From: Narcine bancroftii
Lineage: Eukaryota
Assembly: GCF_036971445.1 (NCBI RefSeq)
Contig: NC_091482.1
Span: 5,022,001-5,086,000 of the forward strand
Length of the DNA stretch: 64,000 bases
Direction of reading: 5' to 3'
The position numbers were made by a program, and so were the translations under genes. The notes beneath the pieces are model-generated. The model saw only the letters and a list, made by a program, of their open reading frames with translations. It made no database searches and was not told the origin of the DNA. Position 1 is the stretch's first letter, and every line of letters starts with the position of its first letter. Of this stretch, positions 11,150 to 24,520 are shown piece by piece.

Positions 11150-13110
11150 TGAGACTCAAATCAAAGATCCTGACTGAAGTGTTCATTGATCATTTCTCCC
11201 CACGAATGCTGCCTGACCCTCCGAGTTTCTGTTTCTCTTTTCGTTTGCTCAACATTCCAACGTGTGCCGTCTTGGCTTTTCCAAATACTTATTAACTTTG
11301 TTAAGGCTTTTGTCGCTTCCATTCTTTCAGGCAGTGACCTCCAGCCCTTTCCCACCCACACCTTTATGACTTCTGGGCACACCACGATACCAAATTCCAC
11401 TTCTGTCTCCTCCATCTCTGCCTACTTCCATGAATCTCCACCCCACCCAAGACCCCTTCTGCTTTAAGCCTTCTTCCTCCTGGACACCTTGTCCTGGCAG
11501 AAAATTTCAATTTACCTCTGGATGCGATACCTCACATGCCCTTCATCTCTTCAATGACTTCAGATTTCCTGAACTGCACCACCTCATCCCCATACAGAAG
11601 GCCTTAAAGTGCTTCGCTTCTTTCTTGTCCAGAGACCTGATCAGTCACCCTCTACCACCCTCCTTCACCTAGCAGAACTTGTCCTCATTCTAAAGAACTT
11701 CTCCTTTAATTCGTCTCACTTCCTCCAAATCAAAGGAGTAGCCATGGGTACCCATATGGGTCCCAGCTACACCTACCAGTTTGTGGGCTTTGTGGAGCAA
11801 TCCATACTGCAAGCCTTCACAGGCTGAACCTCTTGACTCTTCCTCCAGTATATTGATGACTACATCAGGGCTGCCTCAAGCACCCACGATAAACTTGTCA
11901 ACTTTATTCACTGTGCAGCCAAACTCATCTGGTCAATCTCTGAAAACACTCCTCTTTTTGGATCTCTGTCTCCATCTCAGAAGATGAGCTTTCCACTGAT
12001 ATATATTACAAACCCACCAACTCCCACAACTACACTTCCTCACACTCTGTCCCCTTCTCTCAATTTTCTGCTCTCATTTTGAGGTCTTCCAGAAATGTTG
12101 CTTCCCCTCCAACACCATCAACTCAGCCCTCATCTCTTCTATTTCACACTCATCTGCCCTGGCCCGCACTGCCTCCCAGATGCAACAAAACCAGAATCCC
12201 CTTTGTCCTCACCTACCACCCCACTAGCATCCACATCCAAAACATTATCCTCCTGAATGTCTAGCACTTACAACAGGATCCCACTACCAGAGACATCTTC
12301 CCCACTCCTCCCTTCCATAGGGACTGCTCCCTCCGTGACTCCCCCGTGCACTCATCCCTCCCCACCAATCGCTCCCCCCCCACCCCCCCGGCACCTTTCC
12401 CTGTGGCCGCAGGAGGTGCAATACCTGCACCCACACCTCCTCCCTCACCACGGTACAGGGCCCCAAGCAGGCCTTTCAAGTGAAGCAACAGTTCACTGTG
12501 TATTCACAGGATTGATTTACTGCATCTGATGCTCCCTTTGTGGCCTTCTCTACATCGGAGTCACAGCGCAGACTGGGAGAACACTTTGCTGAACACCTTC
12601 GCTTCATCCGCACCAGTGACAGAGACTTCGCAGTTGCCAACCATTTCAGTTGTGACACACCCTCATACTCAAATGTCTATCCTTGGCATTATGTACTATC
12701 CCACAAAGGCTACCTGTAAATTGGAGGAACAACACCTGATTTTCCGCCTGGGCACTCTCCAGCCAGATGGCATTAACGTCGACTTCTCTGGTTTCTGCTA
12801 ACTTGCCTTCCTCTCCCCCTTCCATCTCTCCTCTCCCCTTCCCTCTCGATTTAACCAGCCATCCCTCCCCATCTTGCTTGCTGCTGTTCCCCCTTTTTCC
12901 ACCTATTACCTCCTGCCTCCCCCCCCCCCTCCACTTTTTGATTTGGACACCTGGGAACATTTTTCCATTCCTTGTTAAAGGGCTCTAGCCCGAAACGTTG
13001 GTTATGTATTTTTATCTTTGCTATACGAAGGACCCTGCGTGACCTGCAGCAGTTTTGAGTATTTCACTACAATCGCAACATCTTTAGACTTTCCTGTTCA
13101 ACTTCAGATC
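11150..13110 (+). mobile_element. Penelope-like element remnant (RT and GIY-YIG fragments, terminal hammerhead-like motif)
   Basis: LAELVLILKNFSFNSSHFLQIKGVAMGTHMGPSY (PLE RT), a YCI..CGL.YIG GIY-YIG-like fragment, LEEQHLIFRLGTLQPDGINVDF, and AAGGGCTCTAGCCCGAAACGTTGG near 12978-13001. Confidence 0.85.
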
Positions 13111-13136
13111 TATGTTCCCTGGCTAGGGGTGGGGGG

Positions 13137-13143
<7 letters not shown>

Positions 13144-13177
<34 letters not shown>
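13144..13177 (+). repeat. (AG)n microsatellite
   Basis: Seen directly. Confidence 0.9.
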
Positions 13178-13181
<4 letters not shown>

Positions 13182-13574
13182 GGTTCTTCCTGTTTACTCT
13201 CCTTTGTAATGTTGTGGACCTCAAGGTTTCTCCTGAGCCAACTCTGTTCCAAAATTAAATAACCCCATCCTTCACTCTTCATTACAATTTTTCAGCCCTG
13301 GTGACATTCTTCTCTGCGTCCTCTTCAATCACATTGGATCACAGGAACATTTCCAAGAAAACACCCGTCCCCTACTTTCCCTGCAGCTTTACAAGCTTCC
13401 CTTCCCAATTCTGAAGTCTTCCATTTGAAACATTGATTTTACTTCTCTTCCCATCAATGCAGCTTTACCTGAGCAAGGTTTTCTCAACTACATTTGCAGA
13501 CAATTTGACTTTCCCCAAAACTAATCTTTCCTCGCTCATCAACTACACCCCGTCAATAAACTCAGTTTGCAACT

Positions 13575-13800
13575 GCAGCATGGTTTGCCTCGCGGTTAGC
13601 GCAATTCTGTTGCAGTGATTGCGACTGAGGATTGAATCCAGAGCTTTAAGGATTTTGTATGTTCTCCCTGTGCCTGCATGGGTTTCCTCCAGGTGCTCCA
13701 GTTTCTTCCCACCCTTCAAAGTATACGGGAATTGTAGGTCAATTGGGTGGCACAGGCTCGTGGGCTAAAATGGCCTGCAACAGTGATGTATGAATTAATT
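13575..13800 (+). mobile_element. tRNA-derived SINE
   Basis: GCGGTTAGCGCAA head, GGGTTTCCTCCAGGTGCTCCAGTTTC core, and the shared 3' part. Confidence 0.65.
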
Positions 13801-13916
13801 TTTAAAATTTAAATATTTCCAAGGATTCCACCAACTTTCTGCCTAAACCTCAAAAAAGAGTTTACACTCAGCCCTCGCTCTTAACAGATTCAGCAATTTT
13901 GCTCTAGCATAGGCTC

Positions 13917-14589
13917 TGTAATGGAGAGGCAGCATCCACCACCGAGTGGCGCTGCTGCGCTCCCGTTCGGAGGATACTCTACCCGCCAGGCAAGGTCAAA
14001 GACTCACCCCAAGCCATCAAGGTGACCCTTACGATTGGCCCACCTAAATCACCAGGTGCTGCAGTCCAGGCAGCCCGCCCAGACTCAGCCCTGACCTTCA
14101 CCCAATTGGCCCAGGTGAATCACCTCAGTTCACCCCTGCTGAGCCTCTGCATTTGGTTTCGAGCCATTGGCCGCAGCAACCAACGGGGCCCACACTGACC
14201 CTTATGATTGGCCCCCCCATCTTTTCCTCCAGAACTATAAAGGACCATGTGCCCCTTTGGACTCTTCGTGGCATGTAAAGTATCACCTTCCACACTGGGT
14301 TGGGGTGAGTCTCAGGGCTAGGTCCAAACTGGTCAAGGGATGGGGGCACGTAACATCACCTTGATCAGATTGCTAAATGTGAATGCTCTTGTAACTTCCC
14401 TAGTTTCTGTCGGTTTCCCTCTTGTCATCCGAAAGTGTACATTTACCCCCTGCGTATTGTGTATGTGTAGAAGTTTGCTTGACATATCGACCCTGTTGTC
14501 TCAATTCCATCCCTGAAATAAACATGTCCTTTGTACCTGCACTTTGGTCTGGTTCTTAACCTGTGGGACCCACACAAACCCAAACAACA
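13917..14589 (+). mobile_element. Solo LTR
   Basis: TGTAATG...AACAACA termini, internal TATAAA and AATAAA, near-perfect 5-bp TSD GGCTC/GGTTC. Confidence 0.7.
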
Positions 14590-15108
14590 GGTTCACACTA
14601 GCACGATGAGCTGTTTTTGATGCTGATTGAATGATTAGTTTTGGTTAAGATCGCAGGCTACAATTAAAGTCCCCAGACCTATTTCTGAGTACCCCCTCTC
14701 CCCCCCCCCCCCCCCAACTTACCACCATAACGTTGTGCTTGCAATCAGAGGACAAAGTTGCTGCGATTGTCATGTCTACTGAACGTGAGGCATATGTATC
14801 AAAAGCACAACACTTCTTGAATAGCAAAGTGTCAGCTCAGGTCATAGGCTTCAAGTTTTGGAAGTCAGACAAGATGCTTGGATTCAGAAACTATTCACTC
14901 AGCTACAATTGATATTGTTTGATGGTAATGCAAATCCAATTAAGTCAGTGAGAGGACACAACATTTACATTATGAAATACTGCAGCTTAGAGATTGCAAT
15001 GCTCAAGAGCATCTGATTTTGCTCAATAAAAAAAATTAAATCAAAGTGATAAATGTGACTGAGAAATGGAGAAGTATCTTACCCTGATAAATGATTGATG
15101 GTCTATGG

Positions 15109-15699
15109 CAGTGGTCCTCAACCTTTCCCCCCCACCCCCCCCAACTCACATACCACCTTAAGTAATCCCTTACTATCCATGGAGCACCTATGGCATAGGA
15201 TGCCATACTGTGGTTAGTCATCATCATGGCTATCCCTCGTAGTCGAGGATGATGGCCCTTGTTCCATTGTTCCACCAAGCGAAGATGCCTGAACATGTAT
15301 TTGTTTAATAAGTACTTGATGTGCATTCCAAGAAGCTCACAATACTCCACAAATCAACCAACTAGTTCAAATGGTTTGGAAACCATGACGATTGGAGCTG
15401 ATGGATTTGTTGCAGTCTTTATCTGCCTTCACAGTCGTTGAATTTTAAGCAACTTTGTCCGCTTGTTCCACCATTGGGGGGGTTTGGTTGGATTGTTCTT
15501 TGTCGGGGTCCTCACCCTCGACCTTACTGCCATGGGAGACGTTAGCAGGAGCAGAGCTCCAGATGGCATCACCCTCTGGATTACAGGACCACACAAGCTT
15601 CTCCACCACAACGAGGTGATAATCCACAGAGAAGTGTGGTTAGTAAGAAATTACTTAATGTGGTATGTGAGTGGGGATAAAAAAGGTTGGGGACCACTG
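15109..15699. mobile_element. hAT-type MITE with a nested retroposon insertion (15219-15634)
   Basis: TIRs CAGTGGTCCTCAACCTT / AAGGTTGGGGACCACTG, 8-bp TSD GTCTATGG/CTCTATGG. The nested insert is flanked by TGTGGTTAGT duplicates and has a (CAT)n end. Confidence 0.7.
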
Positions 15700-16340
15700 C
15701 TCTATGGTTTGGGGAGTCAAATTTAACTTAGTATTTCACAGAAAATATGGGCATATGGAACTGTGAATCAACTATAAATTAAATAAAATATTGGAAAGAC
15801 TTTTTGAGTCCTTTGGACAGTTGCTAGGAAGCAAGGATTTCACTAAGACAGCTCCAGTATTGGAAGGCTCACTGTTCTATTGAGGCCTTCGATGCTTTTT
15901 AAAACACTTGTCAAGCATCGTAAACTTTCATTCAGAAGCAATGCTTCCAACCTCTTCTTCAATGTCACCAAGTGCATTTCAGTCTTCGCATTTTCAACTT
16001 GCCATCAAAAAATATTATGCTGACCATGTACAATTTTCAGCCATGCCTGTCTCAACAGTACCAATGTAAATTGCCAGGTCAACAATTCCTTTTTGATTTT
16101 GCTTATCCAACTGTCACAATGCACCTGCAAGCTTCGACCACTTCGTGATTCTGCAGTGTAACTTTCGAAAGTTTCTCTGTCCACACTATCACAGATGTAT
16201 TTAAAAGTAATCCACTAACAGTTTACCCAGGCTATAAATACTACATTTTTTCATTACACTAATACATTTCTAATATGATGTACTAAACATTATCTCAAAT
16301 ATCCACATCATTGCTGGCAGACTTATTGCTAAGCTTTTCG

Positions 16341-17149
16341 TCCTCTATTACGTCACTTAATAGCAGGTTTGAAGGGACACTTATTAACCATTACATTCAC
16401 TTCACAGCTAAAATAAGCTTAAGGGGCAAATTGCAATGTCTTCTGAAATCTCAACCAGGAGTCTACTCTCATGAAAATAATGTTATGAGTATTGCTTTGT
16501 CCAGATAAAAGTACTGAAACAAAACCCAAGAACAACATACAGTATCTGGCATCCAAGTGGAATGTTAGAGGTCGGACAAGTAAATTTGTTGGGATGCCTG
16601 AAATTGCATGTTGCGTGGATTGGCGAACTCACCACAAAGGGCGCTAATTTCAAACTTTTGTACTTTTAAGATTTATACATACAGCACAGTAACAGGTCCT
16701 TTCGGCCCATGAGCCCATGCTGTCCAATTGCACCCAATTAACCTACTACCCCGCTATGTTTTGAAGGGTGGGAGGAAACCAGAGTCCCTGGGAAAACCCA
16801 CACAGATACTGGGAGAATGTCCTTACAGACAGCGTAGGATTGGAACCCCTGTCCCGATCCCTGGCGCTGTAACAGCTTTACGCTAACCGCTACGCCAAAT
16901 GTGCCGCCCTATTTTACTTGTTTATTTTCCGCAATTTTTTTTGATGGTTGCTCAAGGCTGCTGGTTGCTTGAATTTAGGATAACGGGGGTATTTTATTGT
17001 AGTATGCAGTGACAGTTGTCTCATCTTGTCTCTGGTTGAGATTTCAGAAGACATTGCAATTTGCCCCTTAAGCTTATTTTAGCTGTGAAGTGAATGTAAT
17101 GGTTAATATGTGTCCCTTCAAACCTGCTATTAAGTGACGTAATAGAGGA
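16341..17149. repeat. 118-bp near-perfect inverted repeat (16341-16458 / 17032-17149) in SMG8 intron 3
   Basis: The arms are reverse complements with one mismatch seen. Confidence 0.9.
16678..16910 (-). mobile_element. tRNA-derived SINE nested in a Tc1/mariner-type MITE (~16538-17003)
   Basis: Reverse complement of the SINE consensus (GGCGTAGCGGTTAGCG head). Flanks resemble the MITE at 55624-55850. Confidence 0.65.
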
Positions 17150-17332
17150 ACCAAATATATGCTGATCAACTCTGGGTCTAATCTCAATAATCTTGGCCTT
17201 AATGCAAATTATAAACCACTCACAGTGTACTTTAATAGTTCAGAAGATAATCACAAGTCTGCGTTCTGAATTTCAGATAAAATGTGACAAGATTGCGATG
17301 CAGGTAAAGCAAATTCAGGCTTGCAATCTTAC

Positions 17333-18217
17333 CTGTGGCATAAGCATGATCTGCAACGGGGCGTCAGGAACCACAACGAACAGCCTCATGAGCTGGGCAT
17401 AGTGCGGCTTAAGTCCTCGGCCTTGGGAGGGAGACAGGATGTACAGGGGCATGTCCGAGGAAAGGGCTTTGATGGCGGATTCCTTTGGCCCACTCCCCAT
17501 TACTTTCATGATCTTTTCTGGACCAGAGCACATGAACCTGCGGCCGCGAGAGTCCTCGTACTCAAACCCAACAAATGCCCGAGCGACGTCATCCCTCCGT
17601 CTGCCTCGGCCAATTACGGTACTAGCCCGTTTGGCAGGTACGGACTTATTGGGGGCTGGCCATGAATTACTGTCCATGTCTACCTCTTCCTCGGACCTAG
17701 TTTTTATGACAATATCCCATGGCATCAGGTAGTTTGTCCCTGGTATGAAGCCGCTCTGGTCCAGGCCCCTGTGAAAATTGTACGCTTTGGAAGGGCCCAG
17801 TTTGACAAATGACCAACTGGAAAATTTGGGCAAAAGTCCCTTTGGGCAGCTGGAATTTAACATCCCAGGTAGGTACTCCACCGTCGACACTTGTCGATCA
17901 ACAATGCTGGGCCTCTTTTCTGGTTTAGCGTCACTGCCCTGGCCGTGAGCATCAGTGTGATCTCCCCCTGCGTGAGGATCGGGGGGAAATGTACCAAGAC
18001 TGTCGGTGGACTGCCCAAGGCTGAGTGCCAAACTGAGACTGGTGCTCTCGCCTTGAGTCTGGGCCTCTTTCTCCTTCATTTTCTCTCCTTCTCCCTCTTG
18101 TGGAGTGAACGAGGCTACAGAGGAATCATTCTTGGCTGGAGCAGGGTCAGGAGTGCTGGGCTGAAAGATAGGGAAATAGAAGTGCTCGAGCTTCCCGCAG
18201 CACTTCTCTTCTTGAAG
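17333..18217 (-). CDS. SMG8: SMG8 coding exon 3
   Basis: LQEEKCCGKLEH...STVEYLPGML...FSSWSFVKLGP...RAFVGFEYEDSRGRRFM...PDAPLQIMLMPQ. TTTGCAG acceptor, GTAAG donor, 885 nt, phase 0/0. Confidence 0.96.
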
Positions 18218-18959
18218 CTGCAAAGATTCATTTGAAAAAGAAAGTCAAATGTATGTTCACATCTAATACAAGTACATTCCTGTTTCTTGGTTTAAAATAA
18301 CAACAAAAGAGAAAAAGTAAAATCATAAGGCCTGCCCAGAAAATCTTCAGAGCACAAATAAACATCAAATGTGAAGAATTTACAGTTTCATTTATCTTGT
18401 TTTAAGAATAATGCACATGGCTCTGCCATCAGATTTCTGAATAAACAGCGAACTACAGACACTGCCTCACTTTCTCCTTTTTTCACACCATTTTAATTTT
18501 TAACGTGGTTTATGTGAATATTTGCTCTGCAAAACAACAAATTTCATGACATGTTCATGGCAACAAATTCTGATTCTGATTTTCAAATGCCACTGGCCAA
18601 TCCTACCTGCTTGTGGAACTCTGTGGTCAGTGGCGTGATGGTGATAAAAAGGCTCAGGTAGCAAATATGAAGGTCAAAACAAGGGAAAAAAAAATCAAAT
18701 GGTAATTAAATGAAAGAAATTGAAGATTGTGTTAAATAACTAAAGTCTGAACTTTAGCATTATGTACTTCATTTCTTTTTTTTAAATTTGGAGAGAAAAA
18801 TTGTGCTGAAGCTTTATGAGTGGCTCCCTGTAGATTTTCTACTTCAACGCTCTGCAGTTGCTCTACTCGGCTATCCCTCTATTTGCGTCTGAATCTTGCT
18901 TGCTTTACCCTCTAAGAGATGGCTAACTGGTCTACTCAGAAATCGAGCTCTATCACTGT

Positions 18960-19430
18960 TTCTTGGTACATCTGACAATAAACTTGAACTGGCCACCATT
19001 CTGTCAACTTCCTACAGGAGATCATCGAGAGCATCCTGACCGGCTGCATCTCTGTGTGGTACAGTTGCCGTAGGGGAATGAATTGGAGGTCAATCCATAG
19101 GACCATAAAAGTGGCAAAAGGATCCACCCCTCCTATCCATGTGATTTACTGGGATCGTTGTTTAAAGACGGCTCACAAAATCTGTGAGGTCTCCTTCCAT
19201 CCCACATGCAGCATTTTCCACGGGCAGTGAGAATGCAGAATGACATTTGAACTGTTAAAACAACTCACCATGACTCTACTACTTATTAATGACATTTATT
19301 TTAATATACAGTATGTATTTCAGTTCTGTGCGGATATATCATTTGTCTGTATGTGCGTTTGCACCATGGACTGGAGAATGCTGTTTCGTCACGTTGTACT
19401 GTTACAATCTGATAATAAATAAATTTGAAC
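18960..19430 (+). mobile_element. Degenerate LINE 3' fragment (Rex/L2-like; related copies at ~2760-3000, 23560-24005, 49080-49715)
   Basis: Shared FYR..IESILTGCI.VWY-type coding remnant and a shared 3' UTR ending CAATAAA-CTTGAAC. Confidence 0.55.
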
Positions 19431-20089
19431 TTGCCTAAAGTTAATGCAGGACACCAATAAAAAAATCCAATTTTGCCCATATGAATAAAAATCAAAGGAG
19501 CGTTCCTGAACACAACTAAAAAAAAACCCAGAAACATTTAGAAGACATTTTGACAGGTACTTTGCCAGGAGAGGTGGACAAGGATAGGACCAAATGCAGG
19601 CAAATGGAACTTGCTTGGTTGGATAAATTAGACCAAAAGGCATGTTTCGATGCTGTAGTACTCCATGACTAATTTGTCTCAAAGGCAAGAATATGATTGA
19701 CTAAACCGTGCTAATAATATAAATTTGGCCATTACTGTGACTCCTGATATTTGTGATCTTTCAGGAAGATGAAGGTTCAAGTCAACCTTGCAGAATTCAG
19801 ACTGAAACTGAAGAAGTGGCATCCTTTGCATGCGTGGATAATTGAAAGCGTTGTTGACTTTTTCAGGTGGACGTATTCACCTCTTTGCACTGTTAAAGAA
19901 GAGCAAGGCAACTCTTCCCATTATCCTAAGAACAGATGGTCCACTGATGTCATGAATGAACAGGTTATTTGTGAAACATTGTAGCTTTCACTCTGGCAGT
20001 TACATTTCATTGACAGTGACAACAACTCAAAATAACTTAATTGGCTGGAAAATGCACTCCTACCCAGGTGAAAATCCAAGTTTTGCCTC

Positions 20090-20450
20090 ATTGGAAACAT
20101 TTTGAATGTTGAATGGTCTGGACAATATAGATGTGGCAAAGTTGTTTCCCATGGTAGGGAAGTCAAGGACAAGAGGAAACAACTTCAGAATTGAAAGGTC
20201 CCCATTTAAAACAAGATGAAGAGGAATTTTTTAGCCAGAAAGTGGTGAACCTCTGAAATTTGCTGCCGCAGGTGGCTGTGGAGGTCAGGTGGTTGTAAGA
20301 TTGTGAGGTATTTGAATAGTCAAGGTATTAAAGGTTATTGGCAGGGGGGTGGGGCTGAGTGGGGGAATGGATCAGCTCATGATGGAATAGCAGAGTGGAC
20401 TCAATGGGGCAAATGGCCTCCTTCTGCTCCTATATCTTATGGTCTTCTTT
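20090..20450 (+). mobile_element. CR1-like LINE 3' fragment
   Basis: GAGGAATTTTTTAGCCAGAAAGTGGTGAACCTCTG motif and 3' tail CCTCCTTCTGCTCCTATATCTTATGG. Confidence 0.6.
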
Positions 20451-20659
20451 ACCAAACAGGACACTCAACCCAACCATGCAAATCCCAGACAGAAGTCAAT
20501 ATCACCCAAAAAACATGTCCCTTTTTAATTCCTATTACTGGGAAAGTAGAGAAAGAGCTGCAGTAAATACAATAGTTTCTCCAGCATTGTTTTTACAAGA
20601 TATTAATCACATACAGCTCACCAGGTCTGTCTGTAATTCAGAGAAAATTCTGCCGTTAC

Positions 20660-20805
20660 CTGGTAAAAATCGTAATTGCCTGACTTGATGTCGAAGGGGT
20701 CATCACGAGGGGCTTGCCTGCGACCACAGTTGCAGGAACTGGTGGAGCGGGCACGGCTGTTGTGATATAGCACAGGCGGGTTTCTGTCAGGCTCTGGCTT
20801 CTCTC
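20660..20805 (-). CDS. SMG8: SMG8 coding exon 2
   Basis: (G)EKPEPDRNPPVLYHNSRARSTSSCNCGRRQAPRDDPFDIKSGNYDFYQ. 146 nt, phase 1 in and phase 0 out, CTTGCAG/GTAAC sites. Confidence 0.96.
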
Positions 20806-22544
20806 CTGCAAGAAAGGGCACCAAACACATAGGATACACATTTTTTTGAAATAAGTGTCTTCCATTTGACCAGCAGTGGCCAAATCTTTTTGGTTATGGG
20901 CCACATACAGGCAAATATTAGGAGTCATGACCCAGCAGTTTTCAACCAGTTATACTGCAAGACCAAAAAACCCCTGTGCCATAGAAAATTCATTTTCTAA
21001 CAAAATAACTATGATACTTGTGATCAGTGTTACTGTTGACATTACAGTAGTTTATTAATGTGCTCACATACTACAGTAAGCGTTTCTGTATCTGCCGCTC
21101 TTATGTAATTTTTAATGTAATTTAAATGAAGCCAATAAAACTCATTCAAAAAGCAGTGCAAAATAAGAACAGAAGATTAAGAAAGGGACAAGCCATCTCC
21201 ATTCCTCCACAACTCTCAGTGAATACAGTTCATGGCCCAAGTGTCCAATGAAATGAATATGATGGAGTTTGTAAATCTGTAGATAGACTATTAAAGATAA
21301 CTATTTAAGAAAACAAATTCCTTGCAAATTAAACAAACCCACTTCCTCTTGACTTATGTGAAAAAGTATTCATTTTCCCCACTGTATGTGAAATTTTCGG
21401 GACTCCCTTACTATTTTCCGACTTTTCAGTTTCACCATGTTTAATCAACTGAGGTAAATGTTTTAATCGCTGAGTAATGTTTCAACGGTCGGAAGAATTG
21501 CAATGTACATACAGTGCAAATTATTGTTAGTAACTATTTTCTACATGCCATATTCCATTTTTTAAATTCACCCTGGACCACATAAAAATGAGCAAAGGGC
21601 TGCCACTGGTTCAGGGCTGCATTAGAAGTTTCCCTGTTGTTGTGATTGGGGTGAGGAATACAATCTACCCTGATTGATGATAACACACACCTTACACGTG
21701 CTGTGCCATTACTTTCATACTTCTCTAAGCTTTTTTAAAAGCTTGCAATGATAATGATGCAGGCAAATGCTCTGGAACCTTCACAAACTGCAATGGGAAG
21801 TTACCAGAATGGATCAAGGACTTGTGGAGAGATGGGGGTTGTTTCCTTTGAGTCGAGAGGGTTAAAATGCAAAATGTCATCAACACTCAGTAGGGCAGGG
21901 AGCATCTGTGGAAGGATGACTGTTTATATCAAAGATCTAGTCAGAATTGGAAGAGAGAGAAAATAAAATTTTAAGTAGCAAAGGACATAGGAGGGAAACA
22001 GTGAATGAATAGAATAAAGAGATAAATTTGTGATAAGTTTACATCAGTGTTGCCGTGTGGATGAGTTGTAAGAATTATCTGGTGAAATGGGAGTAGTACA
22101 AGAGGAGAAAATGCAAAGTCTACGCTGGCAATAACAGGGCTGGGTCATGTCTAATAGATCAGACAATGAATGGAGAGGGAAAAAAATTGAGCCAATATCA
22201 TAGATAGATGACTTACAATAGAAATGTCCATTTCCGATACAGAGACAAATTTAAGGGTCAATGCAAGGAAATTTATTGTTTCAAAAAGCATTGCAAAATG
22301 TTCTTTTTGGGAAGGGCAGTGGGAGCAGATTCAATGGTAACATAAGAATAGGGAAAAATAATTGAGGGAAAAAAATTGCAACTCTGAGAAAAGAGGGAGT
22401 GGGATTAATTGAACAGGATTGGGCCAAATTTTCCTCTACAGTACTTGGTTAACTTGCAATTTGCTTTGTGGAGAGTACAGTATGACCAAGATTCATATAA
22501 GCTCCATTTTCAAATTTTGACCATCTTGGCCTGGGAAGAAAGGT

Positions 22545-23040
22545 GTTGGCTGACCATGCCTGTCAATCTAATATACCTCCATTAAGTAATCTTTCATCCT
22601 CTGTTACTCAAAAGGGAAAAGTCCTAGCTCAGTCAACCTTTATTCATGAGACACATTTTCCAATCATCTTGGTAAATCTCCTCTGCACCCTCTCAGGTTC
22701 CATATCCTTCCTATATTGAATAGACGTGAATACAATACTCCAAGTGTTGTCTAACCAGGGTTTTATAGACTAAAACATTACCTCACAGGTCTTGAACTCA
22801 ACACCCCATCCCAGCGAATGAAGGGGTGCACTCCACATGCCTTCTTAACCACCTTATCAATTTATTCAGCAACTTTGAGCAACTATTGATTTCGCCCCAA
22901 GATCCCTGTTCCTCCACATTGGAAAGAATCCTGCCATTAACCACATACTCTGCCTCCAAGTTCAACCTTCCAAAATGCATCACTTCTCAGTTTTCCAGAT
23001 TGAACTCTATCTGCCACTTCCCTTCCCAACTCTTCATCCT
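22545..23040 (-). mobile_element. CR1-like LINE RT fragment
   Basis: MHFGRLNLEAEYVVNGRILSNVEEQ resembles the CR1 RT C-terminal region. Confidence 0.6.
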
Positions 23041-24267
23041 ATGTTCTATTGTAACCTATGCCTTGAAACAAATAGAATTTGCCGTGACCACTCTCCTGCT
23101 CCGTCAGAAATGGAAGATCGTGACTTTGGTTCAACATCTTCTCCGAATGACCACCAACCCGCAATTGTCATAGGCCCTAATGCAGTGCGAGGACTTTTCA
23201 CATCAAGAGTATAAAGAAGACAAAAACAGAGGGAGAGAATTAAAAAAATTGTCAGCAGAAATCACCACTGCTCTCAGGCCAAGTAATCAACCTGAAATCT
23301 TTACTGTTTCTTCACAGATTCTGAGCCAGTCAAACACACTTGCTTTCTTTCCCTCTCAGTTCAGATTTCCAGCATCCGTCTTGATTTGCTTTTATATCCA
23401 CTTGTAACCAGATTTTAGTTTTATTTTCCAGAGATATTCTGCAATTAGCAAATGTGGTGCACACAAGTGGTCCAAAGTGACTCTCCCCCTATTCGAGGGG
23501 ATCAGCATTTGTACATGACTAAGAATAACAACAAATAGTTCCTTGGAGTTCACTTAACTAGTGACCTACTGTGGACACTCAACATCTCCCACTTGTCAAG
23601 AAGGCACAAACAGTGACTGCACTTCCTGAGAAGAATGAAGCGGGCAAGGCTACCATTATGTCAACCTTCTCTAGGAGTTCTATTGAGAGCGACTTGGCCG
23701 GCTGCATCACAGTGTGGTACGGTTGCTGCAGAGAAATGGATCAGAGGTCAATCTTTAAGAGTGACAGAGAGGATCACTGGAGTCTCGCTCCCCTAGTCAC
23801 TATCTACACAGCATCTTTCAGCTGGTCCCATCAGGGAATAGATAAAGTCAGCATTTTAATTATTTTGTATGTTTGAATACTTGTCCTGTATATGTAGTGT
23901 TTGGCTGTACGTGTTTTTAGTTATGTGTCTGCATGTTTTGCACCGAGGACCGGAGAATGCTGTTCCGTTGGGTTGTACTTGTGCAATCAGACAATGATAA
24001 ACCTGACTTAATGGATTATTCGATACTATAATGCATGTGCTTCCCCACATATCTGCCCTCACAGAAAGTTCATTTGTGAGAAATAACTGGTGGAAAGGAT
24101 GCAGGTGAGAGTTTCTGAGGTTCGTCCTTGTGAGATAAAGCAATCGCCTTTATCACAGTCTCCCTAAAATCCTACTTTGATTATCATTTGATATATCTCT
24201 GGTGTTTCCTCTAATCTCTGTTCATTTACCGTTATTATCAATCCCCAAGCTCGGACTTCTGATTTAG

Positions 24268-24520
24268 GACAGCACGGTTGACGTAGCGGTTAGTGCAATG
24301 CCTTTACAGCAACAGTGATTGAAACGGAGGTTCAAATCTCGCGTTGTCTGTAAGGAGTCTTTACGGTCTCCCCACGTCTGTGTGGTTTTCCCCATTGGCT
24401 CCAATTTCCTTCCACCCTTCAAAACGTACTGGGGATGTTGGTTAATTGGGTGTAATTGGGCAACACAGACTCATGGGCTGAAATGGCTTGTTACCGTACT
24501 GTATGTCTAAATTTAAAATT
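24268..24520 (+). mobile_element. tRNA-derived SINE
   Basis: GCACGGTTGACGTAGCGGTTAGTGCAATG (A-box-like), GGTTCAAATCTC (B-box-like). Confidence 0.75.
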
